Assembly (NCBI GenBank): GCA_963715895.1
Contig: OY970284.1
Location: 4,771,892 to 4,835,891, forward strand
DNA length: 64,000 bases
Source: Thermoanaerobaculia bacterium
Lineage (GTDB): Bacteria; Acidobacteriota; Thermoanaerobaculia; Gp7-AA8
Direction of reading: 5' to 3'
Positions 19,957 through 29,681 of the stretch are shown here, one piece after another (position 1 is the first letter of the stretch; every line of letters begins with the position of its first letter). Under the pieces are notes generated by a model, which worked only from the letters and a program-made list of their open reading frames with translations, had not been told where the DNA came from and made no database searches. A program made the translations under genes and the position numbers.

Positions 19957-20525
19957 CGCTTCACCGCCGTAATACTGAGATAGATCTCCCGAACGCGTTT
20001 GAGGCAGTTATGGATCAATTTCTCCGCGTAGCGCGACGTCGTGTCGAGCGAGACCGCAACATCGTTCGCGGAGCGGCCCTCGTAGTAGTGGAGGTAAAGC
20101 GTCTCGCGGCAGCGCGGCTGCAGATAACCCAGCGCCTGCTGCATCGTGATGATCATGGCCATCTTTTCGGCGATACCGCTCGACGAAGGATCTGTGTGCT
20201 CGTCGAAATCCTCGGGCAACCCTTCGGTGCGTCCCTGGCCGCGCCAGTAGTGGCGGCTGGCGTTGCACATCGCCGCCACCAGCCAGGCCCGGATGTTCTC
20301 GACCCTGGTCGTCGTGGTCATGAACGAGAGGAAGACTTCCTGGATCAGCGACTCCGCTTCCGATTCAGGGATACGGAACTTACGGCAGCCGACGTGAAGC
20401 AGCAGCGGCCGGTGCCGTACATAGAGCTCGCCGATGTCCTCCGGCTGAGGCTCCTCGAACGGCCCGAGCGGCGGCAGAGCGGCATCCACGTCCGTGACCG
20501 GAAGTGTGGCCGGGGAACCTGTCAT
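19953..20525 (-). CDS. ECF (sigma-70 family) RNA polymerase sigma factor
   Basis: 190 aa from ATG at 20525; sigma-70 region 2 (ELYVRHRPLLLHVGCRKFRIPESEAESLIQEVFLSF) and region 4 HTH (YYEGRSANDVAVSLDTTSRYAEKLIHNCLKRV). Confidence 0.8.
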   Translation of the reverse strand: MTGSPATLPVTDVDAALPPLGPFEEPQPEDIGELYVRHRPLLLHVGCRKFRIPESEAESLIQEVFLSFMTTTTRVENIRAWLVAAMCNASRHYWRGQGRTEGLPEDFDEHTDPSSSGIAEKMAMIITMQQALGYLQPRCRETLYLHYYEGRSANDVAVSLDTTSRYAEKLIHNCLKRVREIYLSITAVKR

Positions 20526-20829
20526 CGTTTCCAACACATTCGGATCGAGCACGACCGCTTCCCTCTTCCTCTCTCTCGGAAGTTGCGAGTCGATAATTAT
20601 GGACGCGTTCTCACGAAGATACCATGAAACGTGAAAAGAGCGACATTCCTTCGGTACGTCAGTTTTCTTGAACCCGGACCCGTCTGGGTAATGCCAAGCA
20701 TACCCGATGTAGTAGCGGAAAGGTGTCGGTAATCTGTTAGACGGCCAGACAGCCCGTTTTTCCCTCGAAGTTCGGGATCTGATGCTATCCTCCGCCGTCG
20801 CAAAATGCCGCCCGACAGAAGGTAAGTCG

Positions 20830-22239
20830 ATGAAATCAGAACAGATCGCCACGAGCGTCGGTCAGATTTGGGACTCGTCCATCGTCCCGACACTCGAGCG
20901 ATACATCCGCATCCCCAGTCAATCTCCCCTCTTCGATCCGGATTGGAAGCAGAACGGTCATATAGACCAGGCGGTTGCGCTTGCGCGCGCCTGGGTCGAG
21001 GAACAGCAGATCGAGGGGCTTCGGATCGAGACATGCGAGATCGAGGGCCGCACGCCGCTGATCTTCATCGAAGTCGACGGCGACGATTCATCCACCGTAC
21101 TGATGTACGGGCATCTCGACAAGCAACCGGCCATGGTTGGTTGGGATGCCGGCCTCGGCCCCTGGACGCCGGTGCTTCGCGACGGCAGGCTCTTCGGACG
21201 CGGCGGCGCCGATGACGGGTACGCCATCTTCGCCGCGGTCTCCGCCATCCGCGCCGTCAAGGAGCAGAACGCGCCGCACTCACGCATCGTCGTCATGATC
21301 GAATGCTGTGAAGAGAGTGGCTCGGTCGATCTCCAGGCATACATCGACCTGCTTTCCGAGAGGATCGGCACACCGCGACTGGTCATCTGTCTCGACAGTG
21401 GCTGCGGCAACTACGATCAACTCTGGATGACGACGTCGCTCCGCGGCTCGATCGTCGGCAATCTCACGGTCGAAGTGCTGAGCGAGGGGGTCCACTCCGG
21501 CGACGCCAGCGGCATCGTCCCCTCGAGCTTCCGCATCATCCGCATCCTGCTGGACCGGCTCGAAGAGGCAAGCACCGGCCGGATCATCCCGGAGTGGCTG
21601 CACGCCGAGGTCCCGCCGGATCGCATGGCCGAGGTCCGCGAAACCGCCCGCATCCTCGGCGACGAGATCTACAACAAGTTCCCGTTTCTGCCAGGCATGC
21701 GTCCGATGACCGACGATCCGGTCGAACAGTTGCTCAACCGGACCTGGCGCCCGATGCTGTCCTACACCGGTCAGGCCGGCCTCCCCGATCTCGTGCAGGG
21801 CGGCAACGTCCTCCGTCCGAAGACATCGATCAAGCTCTCGCTCCGCGTTCCGCCGACGCTCGAAGCCTCGAGTATCGACCGGAAACTGAAGGAGCTGCTG
21901 GAAAGCGACCCCCCCTACGGCGCCCGCGTCGAATTTGAACCGGAAAAGGGTGCCGGCGGTTGGGAAGTCCCGAAGGTCGATGCCTGGCTGGAGAAATCGA
22001 TCGACTCCGCCTCGAAAACCTACTTCGGCAAACCCGCCACCACCTGGGGCGAAGGCGGCTCGATCCCGTTCATGGGGATGCTCGGCCAGCGCTTCCCGAA
22101 CGCGCAGTTCCTCATCACCGGCGTCCTCGGACCACACAGCAACGCCCACGGACCGAACGAGTTCCTCGACATCCAGACCGGGAAGAATGTGACCGCGTGT
22201 GTGGCGCAGGTGCTTGCGGACGAGAGAAGCTCGGCGTAA
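20830..22239 (+). CDS. M20-family metallopeptidase (dipeptidase/deacylase-like)
   Basis: ATG at 20830 preceded by AAGGTAAG; metal-binding blocks HLDKQP...GRGGADDGY...CEESGS and dimerisation domain. Confidence 0.85.
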   Translation: MKSEQIATSVGQIWDSSIVPTLERYIRIPSQSPLFDPDWKQNGHIDQAVALARAWVEEQQIEGLRIETCEIEGRTPLIFIEVDGDDSSTVLMYGHLDKQPAMVGWDAGLGPWTPVLRDGRLFGRGGADDGYAIFAAVSAIRAVKEQNAPHSRIVVMIECCEESGSVDLQAYIDLLSERIGTPRLVICLDSGCGNYDQLWMTTSLRGSIVGNLTVEVLSEGVHSGDASGIVPSSFRIIRILLDRLEEASTGRIIPEWLHAEVPPDRMAEVRETARILGDEIYNKFPFLPGMRPMTDDPVEQLLNRTWRPMLSYTGQAGLPDLVQGGNVLRPKTSIKLSLRVPPTLEASSIDRKLKELLESDPPYGARVEFEPEKGAGGWEVPKVDAWLEKSIDSASKTYFGKPATTWGEGGSIPFMGMLGQRFPNAQFLITGVLGPHSNAHGPNEFLDIQTGKNVTACVAQVLADERSSA

Positions 22240-22241
22240 CC

Positions 22242-22316
22242 GGTTGCTAGGTTGCAAAGTCTCGCCGTCTCGACCCCGAGACCTTGCAACTCAGCAACCC
22301 AGCAACCTCGCAACCC
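22242..22316. repeat. Dispersed GGTTGC/GCAACC inverted-repeat element, copy 2
   Basis: GGTTGCTAGGTTGCAAAGTCTCG ... CGAGACCTTGCAACTCAGCAACCCAGCAACCTCGCAACCC; fills the whole gap between convergent stops (22239 and 22316). Confidence 0.65.
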
Positions 22317-23206
22317 TACCCGTGCCCGCCCGCGTACTTCTTCTCCCCTGCTTCGATCCGGATCGGCAACCGGTTCTGCGGCGGAGGCAACGGGCAGGTC
22401 GCATACGGCGTGAACGCGCACGGCGGGTTGTAGGCTTTGTTGAAGTCGACGATCGTCTTCCCGCTGGCGTCGGGCGGATGGGCGTAGAGGTAGCGCGCCG
22501 CACCGTAGGTCTCTTTCCCGCTCGTAGCGTCTTTGAAGATGATGAAGTAGTCGGTCTCCCCCTGCTCGAGAATCGGATCGATGCGGAACTCCTGGCCCTG
22601 CAGCGTGAAGACGAGCGCGCCCGGCGAGACCTCGTCGCTGGTCATGCCGAGGACGTTCGTGATCGGGATCTTTTTGGGAGGGTTGTACGGCTCGAACCGC
22701 GCTTCGACGCGTGATCCTGCATCGACCGGAAAGTACTCCAGTCCCAGGAAGTGCTTGCGCGCCTCGGCGTCCGTATCGCGCACGCGAATCCCGAAGCGCG
22801 GTCCGTGCGTGGCGTCTTCGCGCCGGATGGCGACGAACGACAGCGTCCCCGTGCGGACGACGGTCGGCTTCGGCTCCGTATCGTTGCTCAACGCAACCGC
22901 CGCGGTCACCGGCTTTCCCTCGATCGTCAACGACGGGTTCGGCTGGAGGTTCACCTTTCCGTCCTGGAGAACGAACTGCGCCTGAACGGGTGGTTTCGCA
23001 GGAAGGGAGACATCATTGTTCCCGTCGCTGAGCCAGTAGAGACCGGCCAGAGTCAGCCAGCCGTCCGGCGCTTTCAGCCGTTCAGCACGGTGCGCACGCC
23101 ATGCCTCGACATCTTTTTGCAGCGATGAGCCGTCTATCGATCCGGCGGGAGGTTCATAGCGGCAGGCGGCGAACAGGAGGAGGAGGATGGCGACGGAACG
23201 TTTCAT
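22316..23206 (-). CDS. DUF1684-domain protein with signal peptide
   Basis: 296 aa from ATG at about 23206 (MKRSVAILLLLFAACRYEPPAG...); conserved C-terminal block ...YNPPCAFTPYATCPLPPPQNRLPIRIEAGEKKY typical of DUF1684. Confidence 0.7.
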   Translation of the reverse strand: MKRSVAILLLLFAACRYEPPAGSIDGSSLQKDVEAWRAHRAERLKAPDGWLTLAGLYWLSDGNNDVSLPAKPPVQAQFVLQDGKVNLQPNPSLTIEGKPVTAAVALSNDTEPKPTVVRTGTLSFVAIRREDATHGPRFGIRVRDTDAEARKHFLGLEYFPVDAGSRVEARFEPYNPPKKIPITNVLGMTSDEVSPGALVFTLQGQEFRIDPILEQGETDYFIIFKDATSGKETYGAARYLYAHPPDASGKTIVDFNKAYNPPCAFTPYATCPLPPPQNRLPIRIEAGEKKYAGGHG

Positions 23207-23266
23207 CGGTCGGATAGGATACTCAAACCTTGGTTTCCAAATGTCGCAGAGCCGTGTCCAATCAGG

Positions 23267-23881
23267 GTGAGCAATGTTGCACCCTTCCCCGCCCGGCTGC
23301 GGGAGCTTGATGCGGTGATCCCCACTTTTAATGAGGAGCACCGTCTTCTTGCAGCCATTCGCGGCGGCGATCGCAGCGCCGCGGAGGAGCTCGTCGATCG
23401 AACCTACTCCTCGGTCTTCGCATCGCTCTTCCGCCTTTGCGGCGACCGCGACCTGGCCGCCGATCTGACACAGGAAACGTACCGGAAGGCGTGGGAAGCA
23501 CTTCCCGGATTCGACGGCCGGTCGCAGTTTTTCACCTGGCTCTACCGCATTGGCTACACGACGTTTCTCAATCACATCCGCCGGCCGCGGCTGATGAAGT
23601 CGCTCGACGACGAGAACGCGCCGGAGATGCCGGACGACGCACCCGCCGCCGACGAGGTGCTGAGCAACGCCGAGGAGGGCGAACACCTTCGTGCAGCCGT
23701 GCTTTTACTCCCCGAAGATCTGCGTTTTACAGTGACCGCCCATTTCTGGGGCGGTCTGGCAGTCAAAGAGATCGCGGCCATCGAAGAGATCACTACCGTC
23801 GCGATCCGAAAACGGCTGCACAAGGCGTTCTCCCTGCTGGAAGAAGCCCTCGGCGGGAACGTTGAGGAAGAAAGACAATGA
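23267..23881 (+). CDS. ECF (sigma-70 family) RNA polymerase sigma factor
   Basis: 204 aa; region 2 (ELVDRTYSSVFASLFRLCGDRDLAADLTQETYRKAWEAL...FFTWLYRIGYT) and region 4 (FWGGLAVKEIAAIEEITTVAIRKRLHKAFSLL). Confidence 0.85.
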   Translation: MSNVAPFPARLRELDAVIPTFNEEHRLLAAIRGGDRSAAEELVDRTYSSVFASLFRLCGDRDLAADLTQETYRKAWEALPGFDGRSQFFTWLYRIGYTTFLNHIRRPRLMKSLDDENAPEMPDDAPAADEVLSNAEEGEHLRAAVLLLPEDLRFTVTAHFWGGLAVKEIAAIEEITTVAIRKRLHKAFSLLEEALGGNVEEERQ

Positions 23882-25122
23882 CACGGAACCGCAAAGCTGA
23901 CCTGCAGCGGAAGCTGACCATGGCGCCGGTGGCGACACCTCCCGCCGGGCTGGCCGACCGCATCAAGAGCGAAATCCCTTCCCATCTGGGATTCGAATCC
24001 GAACGAACGCAATCGCGGAAGTCCGCGATGTTCAATCTCCGCATCGCCGCATCGATCATCCTGCTGGTCTCATCGCTCTACCTCGTGCTGCATCTTCTCT
24101 CGCCGACCGATGCGAACCTGCGATCGATGCCGAACCTGGCCGACAAGACTGCTGCCACGACGCCCCGCGCGGCGGTAGCGCTCCCGAACTCACCCCCGGA
24201 ACCGGGAAGCGCCCGCGAGCAGCCTCGCACTGATCTTCCGGTGATGCCGAGCACGCCGCCGCCGACAAGTGTGGCCGCCATTCCGAACCCCCGGATCGCG
24301 GAAGCGAAGCGGAGAGAAGTGGTCGACGGCTTGTCGACCCCCAACGCCTCCTACACCAGCTCCGTTGAGAACGAAGCGCCGGCCATCAAGCCCCAACCAA
24401 TCGTCGCGGAGGCGGCGCCGGCCGCCGCCGCCACGCCTCCGCCTCCCCCTTCCCTCGCTCTGGATCAGGCAGCGCCGGCGGGTGCCTACGCCGAGGGGCG
24501 CTTTGCACCGGAACGCTCGGTCGCCAAGGCTGAGGCTCCTCAGGAGCGCCGCGCCGCGCGCGACGACGCTCCGGTCAGGAACTTCGTGGCCATCCAGGAG
24601 GCAATTTCCCACGGCGCCACGCTGCGTCATCTCGACACCTCGGCGATCGTGCAGCATTTCGCAGCGCCCGAGCGCCCTCCGGCCGATCTACGGGTCGAGC
24701 TCGAAGCGTCCGCGGCACCTCTCAATGCCTCGAAGTGGCTGCTGCGCGTATCCGTGGATGGTCCCGCCACGAACACCTCGATCGATCTCGAGTTCGGCGA
24801 CGCGGTCGCCGCGCATCACGCGCTGACAGGCTCGCCCGCTGCCAACGAGACGGCGTTGTACGAGATCGAATTCAAACCGAGCGCAACGCTCGACCAGACC
24901 ATCGCCACCGTCCGGGCTGGTAAAGCCGAGGGCATCGTCCGCGTAACCGATCTCCGTCGCTGGAACGCCGCCTCGACGAGGATGAAACGCGCCTCGCTGG
25001 CGGCAACGTGGGCGCGCACGCCGCAGTCACACACGCAATCCGAGGCGATCGTAGCCAAAGCGCGCGAGGCGCACATCGACGACCTGGCGGACATCGTTGA
25101 GCGCGTCGAGAGGAATCAGTGA
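23878..25122 (+). CDS. Putative membrane-anchored anti-sigma factor (Pro/Ala-rich)
   Basis: ATGA overlap with sigma gene; short cytoplasmic N-terminus, one TM (IAASIILLVSSLYLVLHLL), then long Pro/Ala-rich low-complexity extracytoplasmic region and a structured C-terminal domain; no family recognised. Confidence 0.5.
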   Translation: MTRNRKADLQRKLTMAPVATPPAGLADRIKSEIPSHLGFESERTQSRKSAMFNLRIAASIILLVSSLYLVLHLLSPTDANLRSMPNLADKTAATTPRAAVALPNSPPEPGSAREQPRTDLPVMPSTPPPTSVAAIPNPRIAEAKRREVVDGLSTPNASYTSSVENEAPAIKPQPIVAEAAPAAAATPPPPPSLALDQAAPAGAYAEGRFAPERSVAKAEAPQERRAARDDAPVRNFVAIQEAISHGATLRHLDTSAIVQHFAAPERPPADLRVELEASAAPLNASKWLLRVSVDGPATNTSIDLEFGDAVAAHHALTGSPAANETALYEIEFKPSATLDQTIATVRAGKAEGIVRVTDLRRWNAASTRMKRASLAATWARTPQSHTQSEAIVAKAREAHIDDLADIVERVERNQ

Positions 25123-25123
25123 G

Positions 25124-25198
25124 GGGTTGCTGAGTTGCTTGGTTGCTTGGTTCGGCGGCGGTACTCAGCAACCTTGCAACCGAGCAACCCCGCAACCC
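25124..25198. repeat. Dispersed GGTTGC/GCAACC inverted-repeat element, copy 3
   Basis: GGGTTGCTGAGTTGCTTGGTTGCTTGGTTCG ... CTCAGCAACCTTGCAACCGAGCAACCCCGCAACCC; again fills a convergent intergenic gap (stops at 25122 and 25200). Confidence 0.65.
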
Positions 25199-25199
25199 T

Positions 25200-25454
25200 T
25201 CACCTCGGCCGTCCCCCACCAAAGTTACGTACCGACTGAAAGTGCACGTCGAAGTAACGCGCCGCGGCGCGGACCGCGCGGGAAACGGTCCAGGCGTCTT
25301 TCGATGGGATCCGCTCCAGCGCCAGGCGCATGTTTTCGGGCAGCTTGGCCCGGCAACTGCGGCAGAGGGCGGTGCCGATGGTCTTGTTGAGGTCGCAACG
25401 GGGACAACGCGGCGTCCTGGCGAGCCCGGAGACCTGCTCCTTCGTCAATGTCAT
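25200..25454 (-). CDS. Small zinc-ribbon protein (CxxC...CxxC)
   Basis: 84 aa from ATG at 25454 (MTLTKEQVSGLARTPRCPRCDLNKTIGTALCRSCRAKLPENMRLALERI...); purine-rich stretch upstream; the 3' end runs into repeat copy 3. Confidence 0.4.
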   Translation of the reverse strand: MTLTKEQVSGLARTPRCPRCDLNKTIGTALCRSCRAKLPENMRLALERIPSKDAWTVSRAVRAAARYFDVHFQSVRNFGGGRPR

Positions 25455-25579
25455 CGTATCCCTCTCTCTTTCTCCGGGCAGGTTATTGTTACATGAATAC
25501 GAGCCCGCCACACCATCAGTTACTGGCAGCGGTTCCCGGTGCATTAGAATCCGCGCCGATTTCCGAGGAGGACATCGGC

Positions 25580-26242
25580 ATGGGCGAGCGCATCGAATTC
25601 CCATCGAACGGTCACACCTGTCAAGGGTATTTCGCCGGCAAGGGGCCGGGTATCGTCGTCATTCAGGAGTGGTGGGGGCTGGTGCCCCACATCGAGCAGA
25701 TCGTCGATCGTTTCGCCGGCGAAGGATTCTCCGCCATCGCTCCCGACCTCTTCCACGGCAAGACCACCACCTCCCCTGACGAAGCGGGACGGCTGCTGAT
25801 GGAGCTCGATGCCGAGCGCGCCGAAAAAGAGATCGCCGCCGCAGGCGACAATCTCCTCGGCCGTCCCGAATGCACATCGAAGTCGTACGGCGTCATCGGT
25901 TACTGCATGGGCGGCGCGCTGGCGCAGTTCACGGCGACGAAGGAGAAGAACGTCGGCGCCGCGGTCAGCCTCTACGGCGGGTTCAAGAAGACCGACTTCC
26001 CGTGGGAAAACCTGGCCGCGCCGATCCTCCTGATCTATGCCGAGGACGACCAGGGCGTTCCGGTCGAGAAAGGGCGCGCGCTGGCTAAACGGCTGGAAGA
26101 GATGGGGAAGAACGTACAGCTCGTGAGCTACCCCAACACCAACCACGCCTTTTGCAATGACACCGGCAAAAACTACAACGCCGAGGCGGCGGCCGACGCC
26201 TGGAAGAAAGCAGTGACCTTCTTCCGCGCCAACGTGACGTAG
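25580..26242 (+). CDS. Dienelactone hydrolase family protein
   Basis: ATG at 25580 after GAGGAGGAC RBS; alpha/beta-hydrolase nucleophile elbow (GYCMGG), DLH-type blocks (IVVIQEWWGL, ILLIYAEDD, H near C-terminus). Confidence 0.85.
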   Translation: MGERIEFPSNGHTCQGYFAGKGPGIVVIQEWWGLVPHIEQIVDRFAGEGFSAIAPDLFHGKTTTSPDEAGRLLMELDAERAEKEIAAAGDNLLGRPECTSKSYGVIGYCMGGALAQFTATKEKNVGAAVSLYGGFKKTDFPWENLAAPILLIYAEDDQGVPVEKGRALAKRLEEMGKNVQLVSYPNTNHAFCNDTGKNYNAEAAADAWKKAVTFFRANVT

Positions 26243-27165
26243 TGCAGGCGCTTCGCGTAGTCGTCTTCGTTTCGCTGCTCGTCTTCTGCGTCACCCCGTG
26301 GGGATCGCCGCCGGTCGCGCTGGCGCTCGGACTGGCTCTGGCGCTGACGCTCGGCCATCCATTCCCGGCGCGCAATTCGAAGGCGACGAAGCTGCTGCTC
26401 CAGGCCTCGGTGGTGGCTCTCGGTTTCGGGATGAATCTGCAGAAGGTCGTCGAAGCGGGACGCACCGGCATCGTCTTCACCGTCATCACCATCACCGGCA
26501 CGCTGCTCCTCGGCTTCCTGCTCGGGCGGGCCATGGGCATCAACCACACCACGGCGCATCTCATCTCGTCGGGAACCGCCATCTGCGGCGGAAGCGCCAT
26601 CGCCGCCGTCGGCCCGGTCGTCAATGCCAGCGACGAGGAGATGTCCGTCGCCCTCGGCACGGTCTTCATCCTCAACTCGATCGCGCTCTTCATCTTTCCG
26701 ATGATCGGCCACCGCCTGGGACTGACGCAGCCGCAGTTCGGCGTCTGGGCGGCTATCGCCATTCACGACACCAGCTCCGTCGTCGGCGCCGCCGCGAAGT
26801 ACGGCGCGGACGCGCTGCAGATCGCCACGACGGTCAAACTGACGCGCGCCCTCTGGATCGTCCCCCTGACGCTGGCGACGGCATTCTTCTTCAAGCGCAA
26901 GTCGGCGCGCGTGGCCATCCCCTGGTTCATCGGCGGCTTCGTCATCGCCTCGGTGATCCGGACCTACGTGACCGCACCACCGGAGGTGTGGTCGACGCTG
27001 ACGATGCTGGCCCGCATCGGCCTGACCATCACCCTCTTCCTCATCGGCGCCGGCCTCTCCCGCAAGTCGATCGCCGCCGTCGGCGCACGGCCGTTGATCC
27101 TCGGCGTCGTGCTCTGGATCGTAATCTCGTGCGTATCGCTGTTCGCCGTGATGCGGACGCTGTGA
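26242..27165 (+). CDS. YeiH/UPF0324-family putative sulfate-exporter-type membrane protein
   Basis: 307 aa, about 9 TM helices; family-typical blocks (LISSGTAICGGSAIAA, GVWAAIAIHDTSSVVGAA). Confidence 0.8.
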   Translation: MQALRVVVFVSLLVFCVTPWGSPPVALALGLALALTLGHPFPARNSKATKLLLQASVVALGFGMNLQKVVEAGRTGIVFTVITITGTLLLGFLLGRAMGINHTTAHLISSGTAICGGSAIAAVGPVVNASDEEMSVALGTVFILNSIALFIFPMIGHRLGLTQPQFGVWAAIAIHDTSSVVGAAAKYGADALQIATTVKLTRALWIVPLTLATAFFFKRKSARVAIPWFIGGFVIASVIRTYVTAPPEVWSTLTMLARIGLTITLFLIGAGLSRKSIAAVGARPLILGVVLWIVISCVSLFAVMRTL

Positions 27166-28371
27166 TTACTCCTTCTCCACCAGCAGATCCCCCGAGTGGA
27201 ACGACCTCCCGTGGTTCTCGCGGCCCAGTAGCAGGATGATCGTCAGCACCACCATCACGAAGATCTCGAAGCCGGCCAGGGCCCAGGAGTAGCCGAAGCG
27301 GTCGCGTAGCGCGTCTTCAATCGAGTTCGTCGGGGAGGCGAAGAGGATTCCGAACTGGTAGGCCAGACCGGGCATCAGGCCGCGGACGGCGTCAGGAGCA
27401 AGCTCGTTGAGATGGATCGGGATGATGCCCCATGCGCCCTGCACGCCGACCTGCATCAGGAAGGCGCCGGCGGCCAGGATCACCAGCGATCCGCCAAAGG
27501 CCCACATCGGGATGACCAGCAGCGACACCACCAGGGCCGCGATCATGCTGTAGCGCCGGCCGATCTTCTGCGAGAGCTGGCCGAAGATGATCGCCCCGAT
27601 CACGGCACCGACGTTGTAGAGCATGGCCACGTACGGCACCGTCGTCGCGGCGATTCCATGCGCGTGTTTGAGGAAATCGGGATAGAGATCCTGCGTCCCG
27701 TGCGAGAGAAACATCATGAACGTCATCAGCAGCACCAGGTAGAGGAAGCCGCGCGCGTGTCCCTTGGCCGCGCGGAACATCGCCGCGAAATTGGCGACGC
27801 GATGCTCTTTCCATGCAGCCGACTCCGGCACGTTCCTGCGGATGTAGAGCGCCAGCAGCGCCGGCAGCGCGCCGATCCAGAACATCCACCGCCAGCCGAA
27901 ATGCGGCAGCACGGTGCGCGTGGCGATCGCCGCCAGCAGATAGCCGACCGAATAGCCGCTCTGCAGGAGTCCGGAGAGAACGCCGCGCCATTTCCGCGGC
28001 GTGTTCTCCAGCGCCAGTGACGCGCCCACCCCCCACTCCCCCCCCATCCCGATGCCGAACAAGGCCCGCAGGATGAGGAACTGCGTGTAGGTTGACGAGA
28101 AGCCGGAGAGCAGTTCGATGATGGAAAAGTAGACGACGTTCGCCATCAACGGAATGCGCCGGCCGTACCGGTCGGCAAGCATGCCGAAGATGATCGCGCC
28201 GACCGGACGCAGCGCCAGCGTGGCCGTCAGCGTGGCGATGATCCTCGTCTTGGGGACGCCGAACTGCAGCGCCAGCGTGTCGAGCAGGAAGACGACCACG
28301 AAGAAGTCGAAGGCGTCGAGCGTCCATCCGAGAAAACCGGCGGCGACGGCGTGTCGCGAGTTCGATTGCAT
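27166..28371 (-). CDS. MFS transporter
   Basis: 401 aa, 12 TM helices; MFS motif A (GMLADRYGRR, GQLSQKIGRR). Confidence 0.9.
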   Translation of the reverse strand: MQSNSRHAVAAGFLGWTLDAFDFFVVVFLLDTLALQFGVPKTRIIATLTATLALRPVGAIIFGMLADRYGRRIPLMANVVYFSIIELLSGFSSTYTQFLILRALFGIGMGGEWGVGASLALENTPRKWRGVLSGLLQSGYSVGYLLAAIATRTVLPHFGWRWMFWIGALPALLALYIRRNVPESAAWKEHRVANFAAMFRAAKGHARGFLYLVLLMTFMMFLSHGTQDLYPDFLKHAHGIAATTVPYVAMLYNVGAVIGAIIFGQLSQKIGRRYSMIAALVVSLLVIPMWAFGGSLVILAAGAFLMQVGVQGAWGIIPIHLNELAPDAVRGLMPGLAYQFGILFASPTNSIEDALRDRFGYSWALAGFEIFVMVVLTIILLLGRENHGRSFHSGDLLVEKE

Positions 28372-28418
28372 GAGGGCGGCGATTGTAATGGAGCCCGCGC
28401 GCTACAATCGGCGCTTCG

Positions 28419-29645
28419 ATGAACGAGCCCTCTCTTCGCGGGAGTCTTGCATCCTTTCGCTTGCCGGATGTCCTGACCTTTCTGGCATCGACGCGGAAGA
28501 GCGGCACGCTGACGCTCACCAACGGCTCCAGCGAGGCCACCGTCTACTTCGACGCCGGCGCGGTCGTCTACGCCGGCTCGAACCAGGAGACGCTCCGCCT
28601 GGGCGCCGTCCTACTGCGCAAGAAGCACATCTCGGTCGCGCAACGCGATGCCATCGATGAGCTGATGAAGGCCGAGGGCGGCCGCTTCGGCCAGCTCGCG
28701 GTGAACCAGGGTTTGCTGACCGACGAGCAGCTCCGGGACTTTCTCAAGGTGCAGGTCTCCGAGATCCTCTACGACTGCTTCGTCTGGCCTGGCGGGACCT
28801 TCGTCTTCATCGACGGTACCGAGCTCCCTCCGTACGCGGTCACGATCTCCGTCGATCTCGCCAACCTGATCATGGAGGGGGCGCGGCGCATCGCCGAATG
28901 GGAAGAGTGCGTCCGCCTGCTCCCCGACAGCACCACCGTCTTCCGCGTCGTCTCCAACCCCGAGACGGAGAAGATCACGCTGTCGCTCGATGAGTGGAAG
29001 ATCCTCTTTCTCATCAACGGCCGGCGCACGCTCGCCGAGCTGCCGCCCGACGCCGACGACGATCCGCTCCACGTGTATCGCGTCGTCTACGGTCTCTTCG
29101 CGAACAAGCTGATCGAGGCGGTCACGCGCACGCTCTCGCCAGACGACACGGGCCGCTCCCGTCCGGCCACGGCGCTCATGGAAGATACGATGCGCCAGAA
29201 GCCGGCCACGTTCAGCGCCGACTCCACCGTCCGCGAGGTCGGCGACGACACCAACCTCCTGGTCTCGGTCGAGGCGAAACTCTCGTACAAGGACATGGTC
29301 AAGCCGACCATCGCCCAGCTCACCATCGTCAGCGGCGAGGATACGGGCCTGATGTTTCCGCTCACCGAGGCCGAGTATCTGATCGGGCGGCAAAGCGACA
29401 ATCAGATCTCGCTCGCGGACCTCGGCGTTTCCGGTCACCACGTCCGCATCTATCGCGGCCCCGAAGGCTACGCCATCGAGGATCTCAAGAGCCGCAATGG
29501 CACGTGGCTCAACGGCGCGCGCACGTTCCACGCCCTCCTCCGAACCGGCGATCAGATCCGCCTCGGCGCCACCGAGCTGCGTTACGAGGTCCTCTACGAC
29601 GGCGGGACCACGCCAGCCTTCCCGGTCGAGCCGCCGGCGTCGTAG
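28419..29645 (+). CDS. DUF4388 (PATAN-like) domain + C-terminal FHA domain protein
   Basis: N-terminal GSLASFRLPDVLTFLASTRKSGTLTL (DUF4388 signature); C-terminal FHA (YLIGRQSDNQISLADLGVSGHHVRIY...SRNGTWLNG...GDQIRLG). Confidence 0.8.
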   Translation: MNEPSLRGSLASFRLPDVLTFLASTRKSGTLTLTNGSSEATVYFDAGAVVYAGSNQETLRLGAVLLRKKHISVAQRDAIDELMKAEGGRFGQLAVNQGLLTDEQLRDFLKVQVSEILYDCFVWPGGTFVFIDGTELPPYAVTISVDLANLIMEGARRIAEWEECVRLLPDSTTVFRVVSNPETEKITLSLDEWKILFLINGRRTLAELPPDADDDPLHVYRVVYGLFANKLIEAVTRTLSPDDTGRSRPATALMEDTMRQKPATFSADSTVREVGDDTNLLVSVEAKLSYKDMVKPTIAQLTIVSGEDTGLMFPLTEAEYLIGRQSDNQISLADLGVSGHHVRIYRGPEGYAIEDLKSRNGTWLNGARTFHALLRTGDQIRLGATELRYEVLYDGGTTPAFPVEPPAS

Positions 29646-29681
29646 AATCCCCTCAATCCGGTCACTTTTTGAGGAGGCAAC

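Noticed and set aside
20530-20830. ECF-type promoter (GGAAC-N16-CGTC) in the divergent region between the sigma factor and M20 peptidase genes
   Set aside because: A GAACC near 20660 lacks a correctly spaced -10 CGTC; it cannot be supported by eye.
24269-24826. Pro/Arg-rich ORFs overlapping the anti-sigma gene on both strands
   Set aside because: Alternative-frame translations of the Pro/Ala-rich linker of the 23878-25122 gene; low complexity and no start context.
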